DNA of 64,000 bases from Nemertoderma westbladi (GCA_032718475.1 JAUCBJ010006760.1:1-64000); one strand, 5' to 3'. Shown: positions 27,736-42,714, counted from the first letter of the stretch. Numbers and translations: made by a program. Notes: a model not told the origin generated them from the sequence alone.

Positions 27736-30700
27736 CTTCCTCCAGACATTGATAGCGTAAGAATTGCGTTCCTGTATGGCCTTGCCGGTCTTTGGGTCCC
27801 GTAACTGGGCGCGCGGTTGCGATTGGACGGGAGGGATGCCAGCGAGAGAAGCCGTCTGCTCCTGGGACACCGCTAACGATAGCGAGGCCGGGTTGCCAGT
27901 CTGCAGACCCCTAGGGACACCGGCGCCAGTGGCGGCCTCCATGTAGGAGCGCGGTCGATCGCCGGACTCAACGGGGGAACGAGTCATCGACAAGGGGGGA
28001 GCCAGAGCCACCAACCCCGGGTAGACGTCCTGCGTCTGGGTCACCGTGTTACCAATTACCGACTTACTCAACTTGCTCAACTCCGCCCTATTCTCGACGG
28101 TGTTCTCGTAGGACAACGCTTGCAAGGTTAACCGCAACATCGCCGATATCGCCAAAGAATAACTTCGATACTTAGAAATAAACCCGTGGACAACTCCAAG
28201 ATTTGTCGTCTCTATAGGAATGCCCCCCGGCGGGGGTTCTTCATGTTTGCTCAACGTTTTAAGAAGCCCTTTAACATCGGCGAGCAACTTATGATGATGA
28301 CCCAAAACCGATTTAACATTACCCAACAACGTTTTACCGTCCTCTCTAATTCGCGACAACAGGGTTTGCTGTTCGACGAGTTTGTGAGAAATCGCGGAGA
28401 GTTCCTTTCCAACTACCGTCTTATAACCAGAGGCGCTTTCTTTGGATATTTTAAGTTCCTGCCCGAGGGGCAGGATGTAAGTAAACATATTGAGCTCCAC
28501 AGCAGACATCATCTGTTGCTCATCCGAATAATATTTCTCGATATCCAAAGCGGACTCCGTGAAGGAGTCCAAAAGTTCGAGAAATTTATTATCGACAGCA
28601 TCTTCAGCAATCCTATGGGTTTCCAGATGTTCCAAAGATTCACCAATATCACTCAACGTATTGGTTATCGAGTCAAAACGTTCCATCATTTTGTTAACAT
28701 TAGTTTTGAATGATACGAAGTTCTGGAGTATGGCCTTGATTGTTGGGTTGGCACCAGCCGCCCATTTTAACCGCTGCTCAACTTGGCTTTCTAGAACATG
28801 GAATTTTTGTATTTTCGCACTGAGATCCAAACGCATATTCTTAACAGATAACGAATTTTTACTCAATTCCGCTAGTAAATTTGCTTTTACAGCTTCACCA
28901 GTTGACTCGGAATGTATCCATTGCATGGAGGATAGATGTAATTTGTATTGTTCCAATGTTGTTTGTTGAGAAGCTATAAGATTATCTAATCGCGTCTTCA
29001 AATCCACAGATTTCCACGCACCATCCCACTTCGTAAGGAGCAGCAAACATTGTTTAACTTTATTCGCATCCAATAAATGATTCGTAGATAAACCACGAAA
29101 CACATCGTCGATGTTGAGAGTAACGCAGATACCCAGTTCCAGGGAGGCGACTTCAGCCCTGACATCAACACCGATACCATCAAGCAAAGTTAGAACACAG
29201 AAACTCATTATCTGCGACGGTAAACCAATAACCAATGAGCGAATTGTATCTGCGACAAAACTTTTGATTGGTTTGGCTACTAGGTCTAGACTGAATGCGT
29301 CTGGCCTTGGGAATGCCAAACCGTAGACCTGCTGTATGCCTTGGTGCTTAAATGAAGCCAATAATTTCTTACCACTAAGTTTCCCAGATAGAAAATTTGC
29401 GTAAACTCTACACAGAAGGAATGTGGCGTGAATGACTTGGACTTTCTTGACAAATAATATCTGTTGTTGCAGCTCGCGACCAAAATCCGAGGTTAACGCC
29501 CCTTGAAGATCAAACGCATCTTTCACGATATCAATCAATTTCCATTCGTTGGGAACTCTGATGCTAACCAATCCATCGATAAGATATTCAAGATTATTTA
29601 CAGCCTCAATGAAAAGACCGTTGAAACCCGCCATCAGCATGTCTCCAGGAGTTACAGCTTTACCGGGAGCGGCAACGATTCCTTGAAACGCGACTTTTAA
29701 ATCGGAGACGATAGTGCTGTACGACAAGTCGACGTTGCGCCCAACAATAAACTTGGCTAACTGGGTTTCCAATCCTGTCATTAAGTTCGGCAGAGTCTCG
29801 GGAAGATTATCGACAATATCATCAATCTTATCAACCAATGCATTAACACTCTTATCCCCAGAACACCACCCTTTAATACATTCAGGGATTATAATCAACA
29901 ATGAATTTAACACAAGATCTTGCAGACTGGTATAAATATCTTTAATCTTCATAGTAAGGGAGATGACTTGTTTCGCATCCGGTGATAAGGTTTCAAGTTT
30001 GTACCGCTCACAAACCGACATCAACATATAGGTAACATTGTTGGTGAGGCTACAAAGTTCGTCAAGGAACCAATCACCCTCACGAGAAGTTAAATCAACA
30101 AGGCGATCACTAGCGGCTGCAGCAGAGCTCTCCATAATCAAGCATTTTCTAGTTAACATCACAATGTGTTGTGTAAGGGACATAGTAAGAACAGTAATTA
30201 ATGTTGAAACCTTATTGTTACTGATTTCGTTTTCACTACAAAAATTATCGCTCATATTTTGAATAAACTCATCAACATATATCAACATATCACCAGCATT
30301 AGCAGGTTCATCAATAAGTTTCAGTCTTTCAACTGTTTTAATAATTTTAGAACTTATGTCGGAAATTAGATGATTAAGTTGTTTCTCAACTGATAGTAAT
30401 GTATCTTTGTTGCTATCATGTTTTGCAATTGGGTATTCTAATTTACGTTGCAACTCCACACAGGTAGATGTTGTGAAGTTGTTTGCCAACAATTCCAGCC
30501 ATTGTTTCCACCAGTACGATTGAGTATTCTCGGTGTAGTCATCCGAGAACATACAGGATATAGATGAATACTTACCTAGTGTATCCGCCAAGGTTACTAA
30601 CTTTATCCATTGCTGTGACACGGATGACAGTAATTCATTGTGACTGAGCAAAAAGTTAGTTGCTAGAACACTCTGACCAGAAGTGTCAAGGAATTCCTTC

Positions 30701-33700
30701 ACCTCATTATCAACTGGCAAGTCCATAACAGGTGGATTATTGACTTCTGCAATAATCTGTCCAAATTTTCCATTGCGACAATTGATAATAGCAACACTGT
30801 ATTTGCTGCACCAACCACTAACCGTCTTAATCCTACTAGATATGTTTGTCATAGCATTTTCCTTTGTTTTCATCATAGCACGATATTTAGAGTAACGTTT
30901 CTTGAGATTCCAAAATTGGTGGTGCCTCGGATCCCGACATGCACCATCTATATAACTGTAACATTCATTCAAATCTTCAATTTGCTTTTGAAACTTTTCA
31001 ATAAGATCGAAGCAAGTAAGTAATTTGCCGATACTAGTTTGCAACAAACTCATTCCAGAAACGAGGTCCGAACCGTTATTTAACCATGGCTTCGAAATCT
31101 CGGCCATTTTAGCAGCAAACAAGCATTTCGTGACATCTTTTTCTAGGTCTCGTTTACTAATGACCGGCATTTGTTGTCGGTCATAGTTGCATAAAGCAGA
31201 GGCCATTCCAACCTCGGTGGATGTCTGCCAGTCAACAAGCGGGTCATAGACAAAGGCTTCAAGCAACGTTAATAAGGTTTCTTTGCCTTGTCTTAAAGTT
31301 GCCAGTACAGAACAGCAAGTATCTCTAAAAGCTCCATCAATCCTATTTATACCCAAAGCAGTAACTATATTTGGTGTTAACCTAAATGGTACCTTCTCTG
31401 GTACTCTTAGAGTCTTACCTTTGTCGAAACAAACATTATAATCAATGTGTATAACATCACCAGATTGAAAATCAACTAAAACATTATCTAAGTGACGATC
31501 TCCCAAACCAATAATATAACCAACCATACACATAACAGCTGTACTTTGTATGTAGTTATTGAGAATTTTCCACCATTCCGACGGGCCAGTTGTTGAACAC
31601 CATAATTCCTTTGCTATCAAATCGCTTGGTGTATCCTTCATGAGCCTGAGAATGGCACAACGTACGACAGAGAGCGGCCATGACTTCCTGGAAGTAGTTT
31701 CAGGCAATCCTGCCTCCCTGAGAGCTTGCATGATGGCACTCTGGAATATCTCACTAGGTCTCAGTGACTGGTTGGCAGCAGGGTTGTATGATGCCAAGCG
31801 TTGAAGCCACTTCTTATAGAGGTTGAATAAGGCGGTGGCACCATCCACCCATTGAATAAGCCCACTACGAGGACCCAATGGTGTAACAGAATACCAACAC
31901 GCATAATACTTATTGTCGTCACTCTTCTTGGCCTTTATAAACATGTTATTTATTATAGCAAGGAGCTGCATGATGCGTTCATCCAAATGCAAATCCTCCA
32001 TACCTTTGAACAAGAAAGTATATTTCTTACCATCAGATCCTAAGAATGTTAATTTTTTAGGTTTTGTCTTGGTCGGCAAAATAATAACCTCATTCATAAC
32101 CGAGTGTAAATGGATAATATTTACGCAGTTTGGTTTTTGACCTGGTATTGGAATTACAGTGTTTTTCATTGACAGAAGATTTGGGCTTATTTCTGACATG
32201 TTTAAATGGAAGCTCGATTTCTTAAGAGCTTTATCTTGCAGGTCATGTAATATTTGTTGAAAAGGCGCCCATGCTTTTTGTAGAGGTTTTTTCAAAGGCG
32301 GATGGGTCAATGTAGCCAGAGCTTCATTTAGACGAGATAAATATATTGATTGGAATTCTTTTTCATCAGGTGTATCTGAGGCCCGACTAGTAATATGCAA
32401 AAGTTGCTCCAATGATAGCAGCACAGGTTTTAGGAGAGCCGAATATTTCTCCCACAAGATAGCTTCTTTTTCCTTTGTACTTAAATATGAAGAATTCTCA
32501 AGCCTCTCATAATCACCATCAAGGCTGTTGAGGCACTTCAATACTTCACTATTATGCTGTTGGAGTGTAGCGCGGCATAGTTCATTCCATAGAAGAGTGA
32601 TGCGTTGTAACTCCTTGACGAATTGTTGAACATCATTCACAAGACTTGGATTAACAGATCGCAAAGAATCTGCAATACCCGCATAAATGCTTTCTAATTC
32701 AGCAACTTGTACATCTTCAATATCCTCTTCTTCCTCGTCCTTTTCAAATTCAGTCGCAGAAAGTGACCATAGGGACTCCATAATGTCATCTTCTGACTCT
32801 TGCATTGCGATTAGATTGGCTGTCTGCAACACAGGGACCTTTGATTTCGAGACTATGAGCTGATCCCTTGCGGAATAACCGATGACAACTGGATAAACAA
32901 TAAGGTGAGGTGATTCAATAGCAACTCGACAAAGCAACTGTGAAATACTCCGACGCACATACCCTTCCGGGTGGTTGAGTCTTGAGAACAACTGAGGCAC
33001 AATCCCCTTCCACGGATTTCCAGGAGTAGCAGCTAAACCTTGTTCCAATTCACTCTGCAGTTCCCAGGCATGCTTAACTAGTAGACGCAATATACGTAAT
33101 GTTGCAGTAACATTGCTGTCTTCCGTTTCAGCTATATTAGTATTTATCTGCAAAAATTTGAAATATGCTCTGATAGCCATACGATAATAGTTGAATAGAC
33201 GAGAACTCATATTTTTCCACAAGCAAGCAAGTGAAGATGCAGCATCTGGGCAAACCATTGATAACTGATGGTGAACAGTGTCTGCCATGTCTGGATACTG
33301 ATCCTGGTCCACAATATCTTCGTCTTGGATTCCAGAGAAGTGAGCCTGACTTAGGATTCTAATTATCTGGTCACGCTGGTCATCAGTTGTTCCATCTGGT
33401 ATTAAATCAGCAACCCGATCCAATTCCGACAATGTAAGTTCAACTGAGCCAGCACTAACTGCTACATCAATGGCCTTCCTACCCCATCGGTAGCACCATG
33501 CTCCAAGGTTGAACCATGATTTTGCTAGCTTCGGGCACTGGATACAGGCGAGATGCACAAGACGTCCTAGAGTAGCTTCTGTCTCAGATACACCTGGACA
33601 TCCAGAAAGAGGGGGAAGTGGATTCAGAGCTGTTGATAATCCACATTCTTTCTTAAACAATTCACTTTCCATTTCCAGAAGATGTTTTACATTTGTGCCA

Positions 33701-36700
33701 GTATTAGTATCAAGTAATCGAGTAGACCTTAAAATATTCGAAGCCATCTTTGGATCAGCTTGGCACCACTTCACAAAAGTCAATATGGATCTTGCCACAA
33801 CTTCTCCCTGACCCAGAACACCAGAACAGCACTGAAGCCTGGCCAATTCAGAAATTTGTTCCAAAGCATCAAGAGGCTTTCCAAGAGCATATAATAACTT
33901 TATCAGTTGACGACGATATACAGGACCAAGACTATTAGTATCCAATATTTTTAGTGACTCAACAAAATTCGTGTCATTGGATACACCAAGCAATAGACAT
34001 GCCATAGTTTGAGCAAACATATAGTTTTCCTTGATACGTGACAAATGAACAATTCTCAACAAAGTTGATTTATATTCTTTTGAAGTGTCACCAAGAACCC
34101 CACTTTGAATTTTTAGTACAGTATTCCAGTGGCCAACAGAATGACATTTTGAACTAAATCCAATGTTACCAATTGATTGACCCGTATGGCCATTCAAAAT
34201 ATTAATGCATTCTTGATGAAATATAAAGTTTTCAGAGAGTCTAGGCGGCCAATCAATACAGAATATATCTGTGAGGGTGTTACCAATATTTATAATTTTC
34301 TCTAATGATGGCACATGGGCTGATAATCCATCAGAAGGATCATAAGAACTAACAACCCGTAATAAATTCTCCACAGCAAGTTGTTCAATATTATTAACAT
34401 TCCATAAAACACCTGAATACTTAATGTCCATCTCATCTTGGTGAGCTCTCAGTAAATTACCATTGCTAATACAATCAGACGATTGAAATGATGTTAAATC
34501 TTCCAAGTATTTCGCATTCACAGAGTACACATTATCTTTAATTGCATCCACAGAAGCATCGTTTGACTCCTTAAAAAATTCCTTAAGTTCAGAATATTTA
34601 TGAAGACTCAAGTAAATTGAATTAACTTGTGAAACAACAAACTCAATTGAACGTCTTCCCATTTCAAAGTTGCGATTCTTTAATTGAAACCCAGAAGAAG
34701 GTATAGACTCAGAATATATGGTCCTGCGTTCGAGCTTTGAAAGATAACCACATTGTGGAAACTCTTCATCTTTGTCCTTTAAACAGTTCTTGTAAATATT
34801 AAGGGCATCCTCATTGTGTGATGCTGCTTGCAGGGCCGCGGCATTTAACCAGGCTAGCCTCCTGGGAACTCGGCGTTTTTCACACCAACTTCTCAACCCC
34901 ATAATTGTACTAGGAGACTTCATCTTAATAAGAGCCTCAACAACCATGGTCAATGCAATTTCAAATTCAGTTGTTCCAATGTTGTCAGTAACATCCATAT
35001 CTGATAACAACTCAAACCCATATCGTACAGTAGCAGCATGAAGTCCAATGCTAAGAGAAACACACATAGCTGGGAGTCGAATTCGATTAAGCCATTCATG
35101 ACAAGTTCCTTTGTTTGTTCTAAAGAAAGTCTTAATTGGTTTTGATAACGGAGCCAATGATGTTGCACAACCTTCAAAGGCATTATACATAATCTTCTCT
35201 AAATTATCCAAGAACATTATGAGCATAACAGGCTTGGATAATTCAGCATCTAGTTCTGCTCCATGAGGAATAGATCGTGAAACTCCCTGAAGTTTGTTTT
35301 GTTTAACTTCTTTAGCTAAACTTCTTAATGCTATTTCAATGCTGGTAAAGGTCTCCTGAGGTTTACCAAAAGGTGTCCTTAACTTTGAGGAAACACAATA
35401 AAGGGCAGCATTCCATAGGAGCCAATAAGAAATCAACCCATGTCGAAACTGAAACTCATTTGACCAATCGGTGTCTTCAATACGCTGACAAGCATAAAAG
35501 ATATCTGAGAACTCGGGCGAGTTCACTCCAATAGAATCTGATGATGACAAAATATGTTGCATGACAGAGCGAAAATTTTGTGAATGAAAATTACCAGGAA
35601 ATGGTTTATTGGAAATCAGATGACGAAAAGTACTAACAAGTTGAATAGTTGCGACATCTTCTTGAATAGCAGTAGTAACAATATCAAATGAAAGCCCTTT
35701 TAGCAGCAACCTAGCAGCAATACGAACACCATCATCACAATGATCAATAAAAGGAATCAACCATTTGCAACATGACACCATTGAGGGTGAACTGATTTTC
35801 TCACTGTGAGAAAATATCTCCGAGAATGCATCAATAATAGCCATTATAACTTTTACATTATTAGTTGTAACTGCAGAAAAACTAGCGATTACAAATTCAA
35901 ATTCTGCCATGGAAAACAATGATGTATCAGATCGCAAGATTTCCTGAATAATTCCTTTAAACCAATTAAAAACTAGAATAAGTGAGTCATTCTGGCAGAA
36001 GATTACGATGTCCCCGAGGTGTTTTAGGAGAGCTGGGAAGTGGGAACCTGTTGTAGGTTGAACTGGTGGACAAGACGATCCAGGAGAGAATGGGTTCTGC
36101 GACGCAAAGTATGTTGTAACGAAGTGATGGTGAGCGTCGCAATGAAGTTGAAATACTTGTAAAATCATTCGCTGCACAACTGGGAAATAATTTCCAAGAT
36201 CTTGATGTAGGCAGGAAAGTTTCTCAGTAAATAAAACAAACAAACTTGGTTTTAAAGCCCATAAGCTAATTATTGACCAATTATTGCTCGTAATACTTTT
36301 TAAAATTGAGAAATCAAATGCCAGATTAGTCATGGCCTTGCATGGTTCAATATTCATTGCCATAGATTTATCAGAGTCAACCAGCTTAGGGCATCGGGTT
36401 TGAGAGTCTGTAGTTTCAAGAAGGGCATTGAGGGATGTAACAATACTTTGCAGCACAAATTTATACACAGCCTCCATAAGGTCAACGTCTTTGATGTTAA
36501 GAAGGACACAGTATAAGTCACAGGAAACAATGGCAACTCGAGAATGAGTAGAATAACGACCATTAATTATCATATTATTCGTCAACAATGTGTTTAAAAC
36601 ATCCATTCGTAGTTTGGTGTTGCAGCGCGAAACAATCTCAATTATCAATTTAAAACACAACTCAATGTGTTCATCTTCCATAGGTAGTATAGATACTTGC

Positions 36701-37995
36701 TCTAGAATATTATCTACCAAAGACTGACTCAAAGAAACAACGTGATCATCAGGCAGTGAGTCAGTACAATGGGAAATACACTCCAGGCATTGAACCAAGG
36801 CGGGATGGTAAGAGAAAGTGTTGGATACAATAGTTGATACATTGTGAATTTTAGAGACAACATTATAGATGAAATCAATAGGAACATCCTGGGAAATAGA
36901 TTCGCCTGTTGCTATAAGCACGGTATTGAAAACCGCAACTAATGCGGCAAGTTTAACAAGGCAGTCCAATATAGTGGATGAAAGACTGTTGGAATCGCTG
37001 TGAAAACTAACTAGATCTTGACTGTAAGAATCTATGTCTTCAAGGAACTGACTTAAAAGAGTGAGTGTGAATGAAATGTCAGCTTTCCAGTATACCTCTA
37101 AGTCAACAATGAAGTTCCGAGTATATTCACGTGTTTCATCGCTCTGGGTCGCATCAATATGCCACCCAACTAGAATATCCACAGTATCACGAAAATGAAC
37201 ATTAAATATATCAAAATAATGCTCAGCAATGACACGTATACTATCTGCTGTGGCTATGAGCAGTGCTGGATCGTCCACAGACTCCAGAATTGTTTGTAGG
37301 CTAGCCATGGCCGAAGGAACAGCTTCGCCAAATTGTATGCTCCCCTGGTTATTAGTCATAGAGAGATCATACAGTAAGGCATGGCGAAATGCATTGAGAA
37401 AATATTCCTTAGTGGCGTCTGATGAACAAGAGTTAACTTTTGTGAAAACCCAATGAATAAAACGCTTCGCCTGGTAACTCATTAAACCACCAATTAAACC
37501 AATGCAAGATGATGCCTCATTCTTTATTGTGGTGCTATTAGAATCATATAGAACATTTTGTAAAGAAATTAACAAATTATCACCAGAATGCAAAACTGAT
37601 GAAGAATTTCTTGGGTCTTTCAGATATTCTTTCAATTGAAACGATGAATCCAACCGATTCAAGTCATCTTCGCCTTTAATGAATTGCTTAACCAATTTAG
37701 ATAGGAACTGGTCATCTGAGTATCCTTTACTCTTATCTGGCCCCTGGGCTGTATACTCGTATTTGAATCGGTTGAAGTAATTCTTCCTTGGGTACTCCTC
37801 ATATGGATCTATGGCAAGGCCCCCTCGCTGCAGTCGCTCAAACCGAGGTGCCCTGCGGGGCTGCTGGTGTGGAACTGCATGAAACGCCCCGCCGTAAACT
37901 CGAGGTGAATACGACCGACCCCCACGGCCACGGGGTGGTGCCATTCCAGAGCTACCTTGACGTCTGTCATTCTGCATCATCCAAACATCATTCAT
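27736..37995 (-). CDS. SMG1: Serine/threonine kinase SMG1 (PIKK family, nonsense-mediated decay), 10,260-bp coding exon; 3466 aa with the last exon
   Basis: SMG1-type motifs: YSDDQFLSKL, FRDTVDILVGWHID, KLRTPFGKPQETF, FFRTNKGTCHEWL, VTATLRILRLLVKHA, LQRITLLW. Kinase motifs: LPTKTKPKKL, FLFKGMEDLHLDERIMQ, GLGDRHLDN, HIDYNVCFDKG, LLEAFVYDPLVDW. Long post-kinase insertion with EGDWFLDEL and RLKWAAGANP. Confidence 0.97.
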
Positions 37996-40427
37996 GACAT
38001 TATCACCTCATATTTTAATAAACAAAGCCAACATACATGGCAACATGGATTATATTATACTTGGCCTACAGGAATCACATATTTTAACATATAATACCAG
38101 TATTCTGTGGTGAGGTAGCCTAACAAAATGATGATGAGCTAACAAAAAAACTAATACCCAGAATACCGGTATAAACTACATTAGCATTAGTGTGGAACAG
38201 TTTACCATCGAAAGTAGTCCTCGCTAATTCCCTAAATGTATTTAAATCGAATCTAGAAACCGTAAATTTAATTATGCATTGCAGCGGTTCTTGGAAAAAC
38301 ACATTTAATGATGTCTATACCCCGCCTTCCATTGTCACCAAGTAAATAAATTAAATTATTTTTCCTAATTCAAATTAGCACTCTTTATTACTTTATAGAA
38401 CTCATAGTTGAAATAAATAAATAATTAAGTACATATATTTTAAATAGGCCTATTGCGGTTTTATTTCGTTTGATTGTCATACAGTATGTATTAGATAGAA
38501 TTAACCATATAAGAGTGCATTCAATTTTACCATTACGTCATTTAATAATCATGTTCAGTCTGTCAATTTTAAATTTAATTTTATTTAAGTATTATTTACA
38601 CAGCACATCTCTGTGGTGCTTTTTATCTAGCATGGCTGAGTGCAAATTTTAATGTGTATAACTAACTATATTACCGGTACCTTTAACGAATATGTCATTA
38701 AACAAAACAATTTCAAGCAATTTCAATTTCAAAACAATTTCAATTTCAGCAGCGACTGACTGATGATACATCACAGACAATCAGAAATGGGGTACTAGGC
38801 CTGTAGGCTATAGCGCTATAGGTCTGTAGGTACCATTGACCATAGGCTAGGGGCTAGGCCTATCGCAGTTAGTCCGAGGAGGCGAAGTATCATATGTTAG
38901 AACTTCATGTTGTTAATTCTAGGTTACAGATGTGGGAATTACTTTAAGATACCCGTCTACCCGCGCCGCAGTGTGTTGAAAAATATCGAGAGTAAAAATA
39001 TCGCAAAATGGAAACTAACGAACATATCGCGACCGCGAGTTAAATAAATTTTCATGGTAGCTAAGCTAGTGTTTTGAAGGTCTGAAATAATTACTAATAC
39101 TGAATACAATACAGCCCCAAACAGGCTGACAGACAGACAGATACCGGTAACGTATATATGATTAGGTTAATTACCGTATTGCAATGTCAGAATGTGGGTC
39201 TTTAGTGCCAAATGCTGCCTCGCAGTTGGTGTACACCCATTTTTCTGTTTTTTATATATTTTATTTTATTTTTGTTTGTAATATGTAATTTTTCTTTTAT
39301 GTATCAGTGAAACAGTGATGTCATATTTTAATTATTTCAGCCTTGGCCTGATCCTGACAGTCTGATGGCAGTACAGCTGCAGCAGGATGGATACCGCTGT
39401 ACCGGTAACCTTGACTGCTTGATAAATCAACATAGGCCTACCGGTACAGCTGTACAGACATATTTTATTATTAATATTAAACACGGTGAAATATTAAAAA
39501 AAATCTTAACACCGGAGAAAAACAACAAGGTACACTTACGGTAAAACCGCAGGTACACCAATAGTTGAATTCAGATCACTGGATCAGAAAAACAGGAATG
39601 AATAAAATTAGTGACCAATGCATCTTAAGAAAATAAAAACGGACAGTACATACTAAAGAGATAAATTAAGCGGAAATTTAAACGGAAATGAAGTAAAATT
39701 TATGTAAAACATAATATGAAAGACACACTAATAAAGTATGCCTGAATTGTGGGGCAAGCCACGAAAGTAAGTGAACTTAGCATACAGCAGTACAGCGTAC
39801 AGGCTGAAGGTACCACTAAGCACTAACTCAATTGATGTGTCTTGTCAGTTTGTTACAATGTTAGTTGTTCTGTCGTTCTGTTATGTTCAATTGTAAATGT
39901 TAATAACTCAGCCAAATACTGAAATACCGATGAAATCTATCCAAACTTGGTACACAAGCTGACATGTAGTCATGGCAAAAGTTTAGAAATTTCCCATGTT
40001 GAATTTGCTTGGGGTCTTCTTGCATCGTGCACCACCTGTGTAGTGTAACTGTCATGCAATTATAATATCAATTAATCTATCCAAAATTATTAGCTGGTCG
40101 CTAGGAGACTGCAGGATATATAGCGTACTGATGTTGCTGTACGTGGTAGGCCTAGCTACAGTACATACCGGTAATAATTAATAACCAAATTAATAAAATT
40201 AAAATTAACCAAATTAATAAAAATTAATAACAAAATAATCAATAGGTGGAGCCACATTCTCCTCCACAAGTCAATATTCTCCGATTGTCAAAAGATTTAC
40301 CGCCGGACCCCCGCCTAATTTCGCCTTGTTGTTATACTGTACCAATAATTTGGGGACCCAAACTGTACAGTAAATTAAACTTGCTTGGTGCGACCGGAAT
40401 AGAATATAGGCTACACTATACTGTATA

Positions 40428-41667
40428 GGTAACAGTTCCGTATAGCACTACATTTTTATAACATACATCATTGTTACCAAGGCAATATTGTAGAGTTATA
40501 GAAAAAAATATTTATATTATACACTATTCTAGAACATAAATAAAATAAAAAATATAACGTTCTAGAACATATATAGCTAGCTATGTTTCCAATTTAAAAT
40601 TGCTAGCGAAATGCACAAGTCAATTTTTTAGGCAATTATAGACAGGTACGGAGAAAAATAAGATAAATATACGACACCAGAGCTTTGTGTGAGGAATTCA
40701 TTAACTATGAAGAGAAATTCTCCGAAAAACTGACAGAATACATGTGGAGGTAACAGATAAGAAAAGGAAAATTAAACGGATTCCATGAGGTATTAAAGGC
40801 CAACAAAAGTCAATACCCAATGGGTAAATAAAATAATTAGTTACATCGATATACAAAAAAACTAGCTATGTTCCAGAACATTATATTTTTTTATGGCCAG
40901 AGTTCCGTATAGAACTGAATTTTTAAAACGTATGTCATTGCTACTATGGCGACATTGAAGAGTTCTAGAACAATAGAAAAGTATTATATACCATTCTAGA
41001 ACATAAATAAAATAAAAAATATAGTGTTCTAGAACATAGCTAGTTTTTTTTAATTTTGAAATAGCTAGTAAAATTAAAAAAATATCCAATTTGGTAGATT
41101 AATTTTCTAATAAATAAATAATATAAATACAATTTTTTTTTGTATTACTAGCTATTTTAAATTTGAAAAATAACTAGCTATATGTTCTAGAACATTATAT
41201 TATTTGTATTATTTATGCTCTAGAGTAGTGTATAATACATATATATAAATAAAATAAAAAATAATAATGTTCTAAAACATATAGCTAGTTTTTTTTTATT
41301 TTAAAATAGCTAGTAAATTTGACAAATAATACAATTTGGTACCGGTAGATAAATCTTTTAATAATAATATAAATAAATAAATTCTAGCTATATGTTCTAG
41401 AATAATATTTTTTTTATTTTATTTTTGCTCTAGAATAGTGTATATTATATATTTTTTGTTCTAGAACTCTTCACTGTTGCCATGGTAACGATGATTTATG
41501 TTATAAAAATGCAGTTCTATACGGAACTGTTACCTTTTTTTATTGTATTTTTGTTCTAGAATAGTGTATAATACTTTTATATTGTTCTAGAACTCTTCAA
41601 CGTTGCCATATTAACAATGATATATGTTTTAAAAATGTAGTGCCATACGGAACCGGGAACTCTAGCC
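40428..41667. mobile_element. Compound AT-rich foldback/MITE region with two interleaved TIR pairs
   Basis: GGTAACAGTTCCGTATAG (40428) pairs with CTATACGGAACTGTTACC (ends 41534). GGCCAGAGTTCC (40895) pairs with GGAACTCTAGCC (ends 41667). Many TTCTAGAA palindromes. Confidence 0.75.
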
Positions 41668-41726
41668 CCCTATTTTCCAAATATTAACATGAATGTGAAC
41701 ATATAGACATAGACGCAAATAAGAAC

Positions 41727-42038
41727 ATGACAACTTCCCAGTCTCAGTTCAGTATCAATCGTGATGACTCCTTTATAACTTCGACGTCAAAGAATGATTT
41801 AGAAGTAGGAAGCACCAATACGAACTCATCTCAACAACCAAACTGTTTGTGGCAAGCGCTGACAAATCCTGCAATTCAGAAGAAAGTTGCATTCGGTGGA
41901 ATACTTATTTTTCTTCTCGTAGTAATATTAATAGCGTTGTTCCATCCAGGAGATGCAGACATCAACCACCCTGAATCTATCGTAACAACGACTAACGTAT
42001 CCATCGTCGCAACCGCCACAGAACCAACCGTAACATAA
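41727..42038 (+). CDS. Putative small single-pass membrane protein with Thr-rich C-terminus, unknown family
   Basis: ATG-initiated 103 aa. KK followed by hydrophobic VAFGGILIFLLVVILIALF, then a T/S/P-rich tail with an NVS sequon. More GC-rich than its flanks. Confidence 0.45.
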   Translation: MTTSQSQFSINRDDSFITSTSKNDLEVGSTNTNSSQQPNCLWQALTNPAIQKKVAFGGILIFLLVVILIALFHPGDADINHPESIVTTTNVSIVATATEPTVT

Positions 42039-42714
42039 ACCACCCCATTGATACCATCACATCCAGAAGCCACACGAGGAAGCCGTTAAACTAGAATTCG
42101 GCAAAAATATGTAGTTACGATGGATACATAGTGTTATGCGAATATACAGTAATATGTACTGTAGTACAATTTCGATGAAGAACCGTTAAAACGAGCCTTT
42201 AACGAACCTTTCTTAGAATTCAATATAAATTGGGTAGAGTAGGCCTACTACAGTACAGCAGTATGGATTACTACTACTACTACTAAGTCGAGCGAACTCG
42301 GATAGTGGAAATGAGATCCTTTTAGGCTTCCCGATTCTCCATAGTTGTCGCAATTTCGTTTCTCCCAAGTTCAGTATCCCTTTCAAGTTGATCTATATCT
42401 ATTTCATCCGAATTACAGCCGTCTCGGATTAATAATGGAGTAACTGTATAGTACTGTATAGTATTATATGTGAGAACCTCCTTATTCAGAATTTTATTAT
42501 ATTTTATCTCCATTAACATATTTATATTTTAATGTATGTATTTTAATGTATTTTAATTGTATGTTACTGTACGTCCTTTTACTGTGTATTTTCCCTACAC
42601 ATTTCGGGTAATAATTTCGTTAATATTTTGATTGTTGCTGGGAATTGATAATTAAATTCGTACAGTAAGTACGAATTTAAATCGTTCATAATTAATCTAT
42701 TGTAATTTTTATTT

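Noticed and set aside
27764-37997. Short plus-strand and alternate-frame ORFs inside SMG1
   Set aside because: Expected shadows of a 10-kb CDS.
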